NCBI GenBank assembly: GCA_947648215.1
Contig: CANSMW010000002.1
Location: forward strand, 20,559-52,558
Direction: 5' to 3'
Source: an uncultured Clostridium sp.
Lineage (GTDB): Bacteria > Bacillota > Clostridia > TANB77 > CAG-508
DNA length: 32,000 nt
In this document: positions 19,301-26,792 of the stretch, in pieces
Layout of the letters: every line of letters starts with the position of its first letter
Position numbering within the stretch: position 1 is the first letter of the stretch
Translations under genes and position numbers: made by a program
The notes under the pieces: model-generated
Told to the model about the DNA's origin: nothing
The model's input: the letters and a program-made list of their open reading frames with translations, nothing else
The model's database searches: none

Positions 19301-22022
19301 AAAAGAATTAGATACAGCAAGAGAAATATTAAATAACCAAACCCTAAAACCAGCCTTTCAAATTGACACCTCCGTAACTTCTGCCAAAGATTCACACATT
19401 ACCTTTAGAGGTGGATTAAACGCATGGCAACCATTAGGAGTGGTAGGTTATAGTGGAGAAAATATTGTTGTATATGTAGGAAATCCAAAGATGAAAACAG
19501 GAGATACCACCAAACTACAAATCATTGCCACACAATACCATGCCGAATCTGGAAAGTGGCATCAAACCATAAAAACCTTAAAAGTTGGGCGAAACGAAAT
19601 ACAAATTCCACAAATTGGCACACTAGACTATGAAAAAGGAGGTTCACTGTATATCAATTATACAGGAAACAATGCAAACGACATCTACGGAGTACGTGTT
19701 AGTGGTGGTCAAGAAATCCCTGTACTAGACTTTACAAAACCAAAAACCGAAGCAGAAAAGAAACAAGCAATTCTAACCTATATCGAAAAACTAGAAACGA
19801 CAGTAGCAACATTACCAGAAAATCATAACAAACTACATAAAGGAAACGAAAGTAACAGTATAAACTATGATTATCAAAACACAAATTGTATTTTAGGAGC
19901 AACCGAAATTGTCCTAAGCACCATGATGTATTCCGTATCCTCTGAACAAATTTGGAATGCCCTAAGTGGAACGAAAGAAGAAAAAGTAGAAAAACTATAT
20001 CAATCCCTAGTAGCCATGGAAGACATGATTGACTTATTCTATGCACACAAAGGATTAAGTAGACAGATAGAAGCAGGAGCCAAAAACCAATACCCATCAA
20101 GCAGACTTAACATCCGTTACCAAAGAATGTTTGCCGGAGCCTTTATGTATGCTGGAGGATTACACATCGGTATTGAATGGGGATCCATTGGTGGATTAGC
20201 CACTTCTCAACCAGTACAAAGTGATGAAAATGGAAAATACCAAAGTGGACAATACTTTGGCTGGGGAATTGCCCATGAAATTGGACACATTATAAACGAA
20301 GGAACTTATGCAATTGCAGAAGTAACCAACAACTATTTTCCCGTACTAGCACAAGCAAAAGACACCAACGATTCCGTACGTTTCCAATATCGAAATGTAT
20401 ACGATAAAGTAACTTCAGGAACCAAAGGAAAAGCATCAAACGTGTTTACACAATTAGCCATGTATTGGCAACTACATCTTGCCTACGATTTAGGGGGATA
20501 TAACTATAAAACTTACGATACCTACCAAGAACAATTTAATAACCTAATCTTTGCAAGAATTGATAGTTATGCAAGAGATATTAGTAAAGCACCTGCAAAA
20601 GAAATAGCCTTAACCTTAAATAATGCAGACACCGATAACCGTTTCATGAGATTAGCCATTACAGCAGCCAACAAAAACATATTAGAATTTTTTGAAGCTT
20701 GGGGAATGGTTCCAGATGAAACCACCAGACAATATGCACAACAATTTGAAAAAGAAACAAGAAGAATCCAATTTGTAAATGATGAAGCAAGAGCATATCA
20801 ACTACAAGGAAATACAGGCTTCCCTACAGGAGCAAAACCAACAGCACATATTGAAAATACCATGACAAACTCAGTTGTCAAAGATACTAAAATACGTATT
20901 ACCCTAGGATTAGAGGGAGCAAATAAAAACGACTTACTAGGATACGAAATTTACCGAAACGGAGTATCCATCGGATTTGTAACAGCTGAAAATACCGAAT
21001 TTGTTGATACCATCAATGTCAATAACCGAGTATATCAATATGAAATAGCAGCAATCGACAAAACGCTTCAATCAACCGAAAAAGTAAGCTTAGCACCAAT
21101 TAAAGTATGTCATGATGGAAGCTTAGAAAAAACTGCATTCACAATTACAACTAATATGACATCCAATGAGGATACCAAAGAAGAGGAAGACAAAAATTGT
21201 GCAGATATGCCAAGTGTGCAAGCGGTTAGCAAACTAATCAATAATAACATAGAAGACAGTTACACTGGAACAACACAAGTGGCAAAAAATGCCGAAATCG
21301 TACTAGAACTAAACGAAGTATTATCCATCATTGGTTTCAAAGTAACCAAAGCCAATACAGAAGATAACTTACCAGACTACGAATTACAAATAAGCCAAGA
21401 CAAGAAAAACTGGGAAACCGTAAAACAAGGAAGTTTAACATTTAATCAAAAAGAAGCAGTGGTATATTTTGACAAAGACAAAGGTGGAACAGATGCAAGA
21501 GTACAAGTATACGATACCGCCTATGTGAAACTAATCTTTAAAAATACCACCAAACAGGAAATGAATATCACTCTTTCCGAAATCGATTTATTAGGAAAAC
21601 CAGGAGATAACATTGAGATTTTACAAGCAAATGGAATTGGAACCTTAAAAGAAGACTATATACTAGATAACATCGGAAACAAAATACCAGCAGGATCCTT
21701 CATTGTAACAGGGGAGTATCGTGGACACCCAGCCTTCAATGTGGTAAAACTATACGATGAAAATGGTAACTTAATAGAAGGAAAGCAAGTTATATTTGCT
21801 CCTGACCCAGAAAATGCAGACTTAGGAAACATCACCAGTGGAACATGGATTTACTATATAGAACCAGAAGAAATAAACAAACTCCCAACCAAAGTAAAAG
21901 CCGAACTATACCGAGTAGATAATGCTCTAACACTAGAAGGAGAAAGATTGGTAAGTGATTCTTTAGAACAAGAAGTACCACAAACCTTACCAGACATAAC
22001 CATTAATCAAGGAAATCCGTAA
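16386..22022 (+). CDS. secreted multidomain M60-like (enhancin-type) zinc metallopeptidase with a dockerin module, FN3 repeats and discoidin/F5-8C-like domains (1878 aa)
   Basis: Signal peptide MKKAFTKTMVLTLILSLLASP and an E/Q/T/K-rich low-complexity region. The dockerin-type duplicated Ca-binding repeat GDINEDGQINKADETLMIAKI...YDLNHDNKIDIIDLSYI spans nt 17361-17507. The HEXXH motif WGIAHEIGHIINEG has its HEIGH at nt 20274-20288. FN3-like segments follow around nt 18100-18650. There is no in-frame CGG in 1878 codons. Confidence 0.8.
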   Translation: MKKAFTKTMVLTLILSLLASPISIGVEVIQEVAKYAENTDVASEPVTKKQDQMPKPVEQATTKVDNSISSKTEQEIENEDGKITKEEEDICVDEPVKETDAPKNDISNKEEKKEGEQTNQETSSENKEVFPTEGLDETTSDSEEMKQQDEIQDTSETVKPNEEATLEEENRTQQQKEEVTTNVAPEEQNGLLTQQENKTQSQEEIPQEEMDNFVDQPLEKQTITLGKLELEIILRLPTQANFKITLQKDTNTIMGQFEKDEDRCYYHFDGLEEGNYTLTIQGQNYIPYSQQVEVKGDVTKIVLSNGHEINDVYKNNQTPYGIVGLGDINEDGQINKADETLMIAKIEQGDYEAKYDLNHDNKIDIIDLSYITLNRNNNIKGTQQKMLKLTKENVTLQTGTIITKGDVSSIFENNNEILQLQPKNGNSISIDNPVTLEVDLKNNQNKTEAIVIAPPKEQTNTVQKGEVEVVYQDENGTEHTIKVKIGNTEIATQIEAISSKKLASISPTFVASTKTRRSVATLQKDGSVLIDLGGQIAIKRVTIKITQTTSNKLADIAKVEFLNDMENKIPEPEMDIPENVVATPLSASFNVTWKKMVNITGYEIEVSSNGKTQTYYTAVNQIMISNFDGGKVKNGTTYTVKVQSINGDWKSGYSKTISVTPQADKKPPAPDNLSVSGGYRMLQASWKKMEDTDSYNVYYREYGVGNYIKIAQNITENTYKLTELKDKTRYQVYVTGNNPIGEGSPSLVSVGETTDINPPITSNYKLINRPIENEAKTAHIANVSYPGGSAPSGQFAIVDNDYTTAWKINSWDSGGFNSGNVAPIVEFDQTYQIERIVVVAEEAQEHDYFYQKTRYWDENGTEHMINGQCTKKTSSNGKQYYEFEYDMPITTKKIQIRFALYQAYSNVSISIAEMKFYEYDDIKEQITGLYKDQLCVTLREDVTEETINALETRLNTKEEISGEYHPKREILQKELDTAREILNNQTLKPAFQIDTSVTSAKDSHITFRGGLNAWQPLGVVGYSGENIVVYVGNPKMKTGDTTKLQIIATQYHAESGKWHQTIKTLKVGRNEIQIPQIGTLDYEKGGSLYINYTGNNANDIYGVRVSGGQEIPVLDFTKPKTEAEKKQAILTYIEKLETTVATLPENHNKLHKGNESNSINYDYQNTNCILGATEIVLSTMMYSVSSEQIWNALSGTKEEKVEKLYQSLVAMEDMIDLFYAHKGLSRQIEAGAKNQYPSSRLNIRYQRMFAGAFMYAGGLHIGIEWGSIGGLATSQPVQSDENGKYQSGQYFGWGIAHEIGHIINEGTYAIAEVTNNYFPVLAQAKDTNDSVRFQYRNVYDKVTSGTKGKASNVFTQLAMYWQLHLAYDLGGYNYKTYDTYQEQFNNLIFARIDSYARDISKAPAKEIALTLNNADTDNRFMRLAITAANKNILEFFEAWGMVPDETTRQYAQQFEKETRRIQFVNDEARAYQLQGNTGFPTGAKPTAHIENTMTNSVVKDTKIRITLGLEGANKNDLLGYEIYRNGVSIGFVTAENTEFVDTINVNNRVYQYEIAAIDKTLQSTEKVSLAPIKVCHDGSLEKTAFTITTNMTSNEDTKEEEDKNCADMPSVQAVSKLINNNIEDSYTGTTQVAKNAEIVLELNEVLSIIGFKVTKANTEDNLPDYELQISQDKKNWETVKQGSLTFNQKEAVVYFDKDKGGTDARVQVYDTAYVKLIFKNTTKQEMNITLSEIDLLGKPGDNIEILQANGIGTLKEDYILDNIGNKIPAGSFIVTGEYRGHPAFNVVKLYDENGNLIEGKQVIFAPDPENADLGNITSGTWIYYIEPEEINKLPTKVKAELYRVDNALTLEGERLVSDSLEQEVPQTLPDITINQGNP

Positions 22023-22039
22023 GATTTGAGGAGATGAAT

Positions 22040-22978
22040 ATGAAAAATAAAATAAGAAAAATAATAGGAGGACTCCTAATCAGTATGTTTGTGATGGTAT
22101 TTACCATACCATCACAAGGGGCACAAACACAAATAGGAAATGATACACAGGCAAATATCATATTAAGAAAAAAAGAAGGAACCGATAATCAAGTACATCT
22201 ATCCTTAGAAACGACAAACACAAAAAGCATGGCTTCTTTCCAACTAGAATTAGAAGCAAAAACGCAAAACATACAAGATATTACCGGAATTACGATTAAA
22301 TGGGATGATGCCATAGAACAAACCGAATTAAAAGAAATGACCTACAACAATGGAAACATCCACCTATATGTTGTTAGCAAAAACGAATTAGGAGAACAAG
22401 ATGCTCACCAAAGAAGAATTGAAATAGGAACTCTTACAATTGAAACACAAGAAAAAGATAACATTGATGTGACACTAAAAGCAAACCAAGAAACACTAAA
22501 ACTTGCCTCCATCAACCATGAACCAACCAATCTAACCAATAAGCCAAGTGAAATTGCCCTACGAATCAACGAAAAAGCAACCAACGAAGGAAATGGTGGA
22601 ACCAATACACCAGAAGAAGGAGAAAACCAAGGCGGAAATGGTAGTGAGGAAGGAAACGAAAACCAAGAAGATAACAACCAAAATGGAGAGGGGAACCAAG
22701 GTACAAACGGAGGACAAGGAAATGAGAACAATGCAAACCAATCAGGAGAAAATGGCAATAACCCAGAGCAAGACAACCAAGACGAAACACAAGAAGAAAT
22801 AAAAGACACCATGCCAAACCAAAACACAACCATCACAACAAGTAGTAAGCCTATCGATAAAGCCACACAAAAGCTACCACAAACAGGAACTATTAACGGG
22901 ATAATCGTCTTTATCGTACTAATCATCATTCTAATTGCCGTTGTTATGTACCAAAAATGGAAAAAAGCAAACCATTAA
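22040..22978 (+). CDS. LPXTG cell-wall-anchored protein with a cohesin-like N-terminal domain and a G/N/E/Q-rich stalk
   Basis: ATG 22040 lies 6 nt after GAGGAG, with an alternative ATG at 22034. It has a signal peptide, then the sorting signal LPQTG (nt 22874-22888) plus a hydrophobic helix and a KWKKANH tail. The cohesin assignment for aa about 40-165 is tentative and based on pattern recognition only. Confidence 0.75.
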   Translation: MKNKIRKIIGGLLISMFVMVFTIPSQGAQTQIGNDTQANIILRKKEGTDNQVHLSLETTNTKSMASFQLELEAKTQNIQDITGITIKWDDAIEQTELKEMTYNNGNIHLYVVSKNELGEQDAHQRRIEIGTLTIETQEKDNIDVTLKANQETLKLASINHEPTNLTNKPSEIALRINEKATNEGNGGTNTPEEGENQGGNGSEEGNENQEDNNQNGEGNQGTNGGQGNENNANQSGENGNNPEQDNQDETQEEIKDTMPNQNTTITTSSKPIDKATQKLPQTGTINGIIVFIVLIIILIAVVMYQKWKKANH

Positions 22979-22985
22979 AACAGGT

Positions 22986-23014
22986 AAAAAAACTCGCAAG
23001 CTTGCGAGTTTTTT
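22986..23014. terminator. rho-independent terminator (perfect palindrome)
   Basis: AAAAAACTCGCAAGCTTGCGAGTTTTTT. Confidence 0.85.
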
Positions 23015-23183
23015 GCTGTTTTAAACGAATCTTATAAATAAAAGATATCATAACTAGAGGCCTATCCGAAATACATAATAATAAATACGATAGGAAGCAA
23101 AATCCAATAGTATTTTCTATATACATATTTGTAAAAATAAACAAATTACGCAAATAAATGATTGCTAAAAATTGGAAAAAGAC

Positions 23184-23246
23184 TTGACGTTGTCATGAAA
23201 ATGTAATATAAAAGAACTTGACAGTAAATATACGTAAGTATAAAAT
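23184..23246 (+). promoter_or_regulatory. two tandem sigma-A type promoters upstream of the pilin-like gene
   Basis: P1 is TTGACG (23184-23189), 17 nt, TATAAA (23207-23212). P2 is TTGACA (23218-23223), 17 nt, TAAAAT (23241-23246). Confidence 0.6.
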
Positions 23247-23272
23247 AGTGCCATAAGGTAGGAAAATGTGTA

Positions 23273-23698
23273 GGAGTCAATGCCTTCATTGACCCGTAAA
23301 CGTAAATCTACCAAATAGGCACATTGACAATTGAATAAAAACAAAAAAGAAATGCTAATAAACTGAAAATATCTATGTATTTGTAAAATAAAACATGTAA
23401 AAAGAATAAAACAAAAAGAAAAGATACATAATAATGGTAGAAATCATATTTGATGAATCAAAAACAAAAAAATGCCGGTAGGGGCTGCATAGTATGCAGC
23501 CCAGAAATACCAATAATTGAAGGGGTGAAAAATAACCCAATACTGGCAAAAAAATAGAATAAGGAGGCAAAAGAGAAAGAATGAAAAAGATAGGAAAATT
23601 GAACAAAACGGAAAAATTATGTAAAATGACTGTAGGGGTCGATGCCCACATCGACCCCAAAAAAAACAAAAATATAGGGGCAGGCCTTGTGTCTGCCC
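23273..23698 (+). repeat. four dispersed GC-rich hairpins sharing a 5' TAGGRG flank (REP-like palindromic elements)
   Basis: A at 23273-23295 is TAGGAGTCAATGccttCATTGACCC. B at 23482-23502 is (gta)GGGGCTGCATagtATGCAGCCC. C at 23635-23658 is (gta)GGGGTCGATGcccaCATCGACCCC. D at 23678-23698 is (ata)GGGGCAGgccttgtgtCTGCCC. Stems are 6-10 bp in a region that is otherwise under 30% GC. Confidence 0.65.
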
Positions 23699-24831
23699 GA
23701 GAGGGAATTACATTGATAGCTCTAGTGATTACCATTATTGTGCTATTAATATTAGCAGCAATCACAATTAACCTAACCATAGGACAAAGAGGAATCTTAA
23801 AAAGGGCAGAAGAAGCAGGAAGGAACTACCAAGAAGCAGCAAAAAAAGAAGATGAAGCATTATCCAATTTCTTAAAAGAAGCAGATGACATCATAGATGG
23901 AATTAATGGAGGAAGTAAGCCACTACCAGAAAATGCACTAGCAAAGAAAGTGGAAATAGGAGATTATGTAGCATATGACCCAAGAGCAGGAGTAACAGAT
24001 ACGAGTAAACTAAGCTACAAATCAGAAGTAGGAACAGGCTCATCTCATGGAAATGGTTACACAGATATTCCAGAAGGACAAACCTTTACAGTAGAAGAGA
24101 ATACGAAATGGAGAGTGTTAAGTAAAGATGAGACAACAGGAGAAGTAGTACTAATTAGTGAAAAAACAATGCATAAATTTGGAATGAAAGGAGCAATCGG
24201 ATATTTATATGCAGAACAGGAACTAAATGAAATCTGTAAAATGTATGGATATGGAAAAGGAGCAAATACTGGAAAAATATTTCGCTATAAAACAGGAGAT
24301 ACAGTAGAAGGATTAACAGAAGGAACCATCACAGGAAGTGGAGCAAGAAGTATAACAACAGAAGATATTAATGCAATCACAAAATACAACCCAAACAATG
24401 ATGAAGCAATGAAAGAAGCAGGATATGGGCAAGAATATACACATACGATATACTACCCAACGAAAACAAACCCAAATGGGAAGTCAACAAATGCCGTAGA
24501 ACGAACAGATAAATCCACAGCATATTATTACCAAGGTTCAGAATACCTAACAGATACAGAAAGTGCAATGTACAAAATGTTATTTGGAAACAACAATGAC
24601 TCAACATACTGGTTAGCGTCTCGTGGTGTGCGCTCGTATTCAGCTCGTGCGAACTTCCGTGAGTTCTACGTGAATGGAGGCGGCGTGGGCAGTGCGTTCT
24701 TTTGTGATGGCTATTCAAGCACGTTGGACGTTAGCGGCGACGCCCTTGGGGTTCGTCCGATAGTTTATCTAAAATCGAATATCCAGACAAGTGCCAAAGA
24801 TGCGAGTGGAGCATGGATTATAAGTGAGTAG
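23581..24831 (+). CDS. secreted or surface protein with a prepilin-like N-terminal hydrophobic segment (GITLIALVITIIVLLILAAI). The start codon is uncertain
   Basis: 416-aa ORF. ATG 23581 lies 13 nt after AAGGAGG, and an alternative ATG is at 23626. The pilin-type N-terminal helix follows ...AREG|ITLIAL. The C-terminus carries a YWLASRG...GVRPIVYLK motif. GC-rich hairpins C and D lie inside the leader-coding part. Confidence 0.65.
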   Translation: MKKIGKLNKTEKLCKMTVGVDAHIDPKKNKNIGAGLVSAREGITLIALVITIIVLLILAAITINLTIGQRGILKRAEEAGRNYQEAAKKEDEALSNFLKEADDIIDGINGGSKPLPENALAKKVEIGDYVAYDPRAGVTDTSKLSYKSEVGTGSSHGNGYTDIPEGQTFTVEENTKWRVLSKDETTGEVVLISEKTMHKFGMKGAIGYLYAEQELNEICKMYGYGKGANTGKIFRYKTGDTVEGLTEGTITGSGARSITTEDINAITKYNPNNDEAMKEAGYGQEYTHTIYYPTKTNPNGKSTNAVERTDKSTAYYYQGSEYLTDTESAMYKMLFGNNNDSTYWLASRGVRSYSARANFREFYVNGGGVGSAFFCDGYSSTLDVSGDALGVRPIVYLKSNIQTSAKDASGAWIISE

Positions 24832-24849
24832 AAAAATAGAGGCATAAAA

Positions 24850-24878
24850 CCGCGAGAAGGCCTTAGGTCTTCTTGCGG
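24850..24878 (+). other. strong GC-rich hairpin without a U-tract between the pilin-like and MutS-I-like genes
   Basis: CCGCGAGAAGGCC-tta-GGTCTTCTTGCGG forms about 13 bp including G-U pairs. It is followed directly by the RBS AGGAGG of the next gene rather than by a T-run. Confidence 0.6.
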
Positions 24879-24904
24879 GAGGGGTATATAGGAGGTAGCA
24901 GAAA

Positions 24905-25354
24905 ATGAAGTTGGTAAATATGATAAAAGTTATTAAACAAATACATCCAGAAGATTTAGTATTACTAAAAGTAGGAAGTTTTTACCATGCTTATGGGAAA
25001 GATGCTTATATCATAGCATATTTATTTAATTATCAAATGAAGAAAGTAGATAACAATTATGATACATGTGGTTTCCCAAAATCAACAATAAACAAGGTAA
25101 AAGCAATATTAGAAGAAAAACAAATAAATTATTTATTAATCAGTCGTAGCGAAAACTACGAAGTAGAGGAAGAAGAAAAAAGCAAAGATAATAAATATGC
25201 ATATTACTATTCTATTGCACATAAGTACATAAACAAGAAAACAAGAATAAATGACATTTACCAATATCTCCTAGAAAATATAGCCAAAGACAATATAAAA
25301 GAAAAAATTGTTAAGATAGAAGAATTGCTATATGAAGTATTATGTAAGGTATAA
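24905..25354 (+). CDS. stand-alone MutS domain I (mismatch-binding domain)-like protein, 149 aa
   Basis: RBS AGGAGG. IHPEDLVLLKVGSFYHAYGKDAYIIAYLF...CGFPKSTINKVKAILEEKQINYLLI aligns by eye with the MutS N-terminus ([21 protein letters not shown]...AGIPYHAVENYLAKLV). Confidence 0.55.
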   Translation: MKLVNMIKVIKQIHPEDLVLLKVGSFYHAYGKDAYIIAYLFNYQMKKVDNNYDTCGFPKSTINKVKAILEEKQINYLLISRSENYEVEEEEKSKDNKYAYYYSIAHKYINKKTRINDIYQYLLENIAKDNIKEKIVKIEELLYEVLCKV

Positions 25355-25436
25355 AGATGATTTTTTATTGTATCAACCATAAAGTGCTATCAGTCAATAG
25401 TGTAATATACACAACAAATAGATAAGAAGTCAAAAT

Positions 25437-25465
25437 TTGACAAATAAGCTGTGGAATGCTATCAT
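25437..25465 (+). promoter_or_regulatory. promoter of the SDR gene with an extended -10
   Basis: TTGACA (25437-25442), a 17-nt spacer ending in TGc, then TATCAT (25460-25465). Confidence 0.6.
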
Positions 25466-25485
25466 GGAAGCCATAGGAGGAAATT

Positions 25486-26208
25486 ATGGTAGCGATTGTA
25501 ACAGGGGGAGCCAAAGGAATTGGAAGAGCGATTGTCGTAGAGCTTGCCAAAAAAGGAATACAAGTTGTATTAAATTATCGCCATTCGGAAAAGCAGGCAA
25601 TTAAGACAAAACAAGAACTTTTGGAGCACGGGTATGAAATAGAAATTTATCAAGCCGATGTAGCAAAAAAAGAAGAGGTACAAAGATTAGTAGCCTATAC
25701 CAAAGAAAAATGCGGAGAGGTAGATATTTTAGTAAACAATGCAGGAATCGATAAATGGCAGTTATTTACAGATATGAGCGATGAAGATTGGAACGAAATG
25801 CTTGCCAATAATCTAACTTCAGCATTTTATATGACCAAAGAAGTAGTACCAGATATGATACGAAAAAAGAAAGGATGTATTATTAATATTTCCTCTATTT
25901 GGGGTATCACAGGAGCGTCCTGCGAAGTAGCGTACTCCGTAAGTAAAGCTGGAATGGATGGTCTAACTAAAGCACTTGCAAAAGAACTAGCACCATCAAA
26001 CATACGAGTAAACTCCATTGCACCAGGAGCCATTGATACTGATATGAATGAAAATTTAACCAAAGAAGAAAGAAACGAAATAGAGAATGAAATACCACTT
26101 GGACGATTTGGTACACCAGAAGATATCGCAAAATGTGTCATGTGGCTAGTAGAAGATAACTATACAACAGGACAGGTGGTATCTCCAAATGGAGGATGGG
26201 TCATATAA
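25486..26208 (+). CDS. short-chain dehydrogenase/reductase, FabG-like 3-oxoacyl-ACP reductase family
   Basis: TGGAKGIG cofactor motif, NNAG, and the catalytic S...YSVSK triad context. 240 aa with RBS GGAGG. Confidence 0.85.
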   Translation: MVAIVTGGAKGIGRAIVVELAKKGIQVVLNYRHSEKQAIKTKQELLEHGYEIEIYQADVAKKEEVQRLVAYTKEKCGEVDILVNNAGIDKWQLFTDMSDEDWNEMLANNLTSAFYMTKEVVPDMIRKKKGCIINISSIWGITGASCEVAYSVSKAGMDGLTKALAKELAPSNIRVNSIAPGAIDTDMNENLTKEERNEIENEIPLGRFGTPEDIAKCVMWLVEDNYTTGQVVSPNGGWVI

Positions 26209-26210
26209 CA

Positions 26211-26236
26211 AAAAACTCGCAATTTTGCGAGTTTTT
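26211..26236. terminator. bidirectional terminator between the convergent SDR and CBM genes
   Basis: AAAAAACTCGCAATTTTGCGAGTTTTT. It is nearly identical to the terminator at 22986-23014 except for the loop. Confidence 0.8.
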
Positions 26237-26242
26237 AAAATT

Positions 26243-26707
26243 TTATTCTGTTACTTTTCTTTTATAATTTCCAGAAATAATTTTTGGTAAATAGGTAAGA
26301 ATTTTATATACTGCCAAACGAATCTTTTTACTCCATAAATATGTTTTTCTTAATCGTTTTGTAGGTAACAAACCAGCCTCTGTATCCTCTGTTACAATCA
26401 AAGAAACATTATCCTTCTCGATTGGGAAAATATAATTTTGATGTTCGTTATTATCCCAATTACCATTTCCATCATTAAAACAGAAATTAAATGTTTCTGC
26501 ATCAGTTAGAGTGATTTCAGCTTGAAAACCTAACTCCGTTTTTTCCATTTCAACCTCATTTACACCATCCCATTGTAAACCAAACCCATAATGAAGAAAC
26601 ACCTTTTTGGCATTATCTTGGAACAATTTTCCTGTGTAAGAAATCTTAACGGAAGCATTTTCAACTAGTTTATCGGTATTAAAAAATATATTCTTTGTTA
26701 ATTCCAT
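26243..26707 (-). CDS. starch/glycan-binding CBM25/CBM53-like domain protein with a basic C-terminal tail
   Basis: 154 aa. The motif VFLHYGF...WDGV...FCFNDGNGNWDNNEHQNYIF matches the WDNN-x-G-x-NY signature of these CBM families. Confidence 0.45.
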   Translation of the reverse strand: MELTKNIFFNTDKLVENASVKISYTGKLFQDNAKKVFLHYGFGLQWDGVNEVEMEKTELGFQAEITLTDAETFNFCFNDGNGNWDNNEHQNYIFPIEKDNVSLIVTEDTEAGLLPTKRLRKTYLWSKKIRLAVYKILTYLPKIISGNYKRKVTE

Positions 26708-26792
26708 GATACTCTCTCCTTAAATTTATCTTTAGCAAACCTATTATATTATTAAAAATATAAATATTCAAGTATTTTTTACAAGAAATTTC

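Noticed and set aside
24610-24880. Calling a complete diversity-generating retroelement
   Set aside because: Only the variable-region-like composition and a downstream hairpin are visible. There is no reverse transcriptase, accessory gene or template repeat in this window, so it is reported only as a hypothesis.
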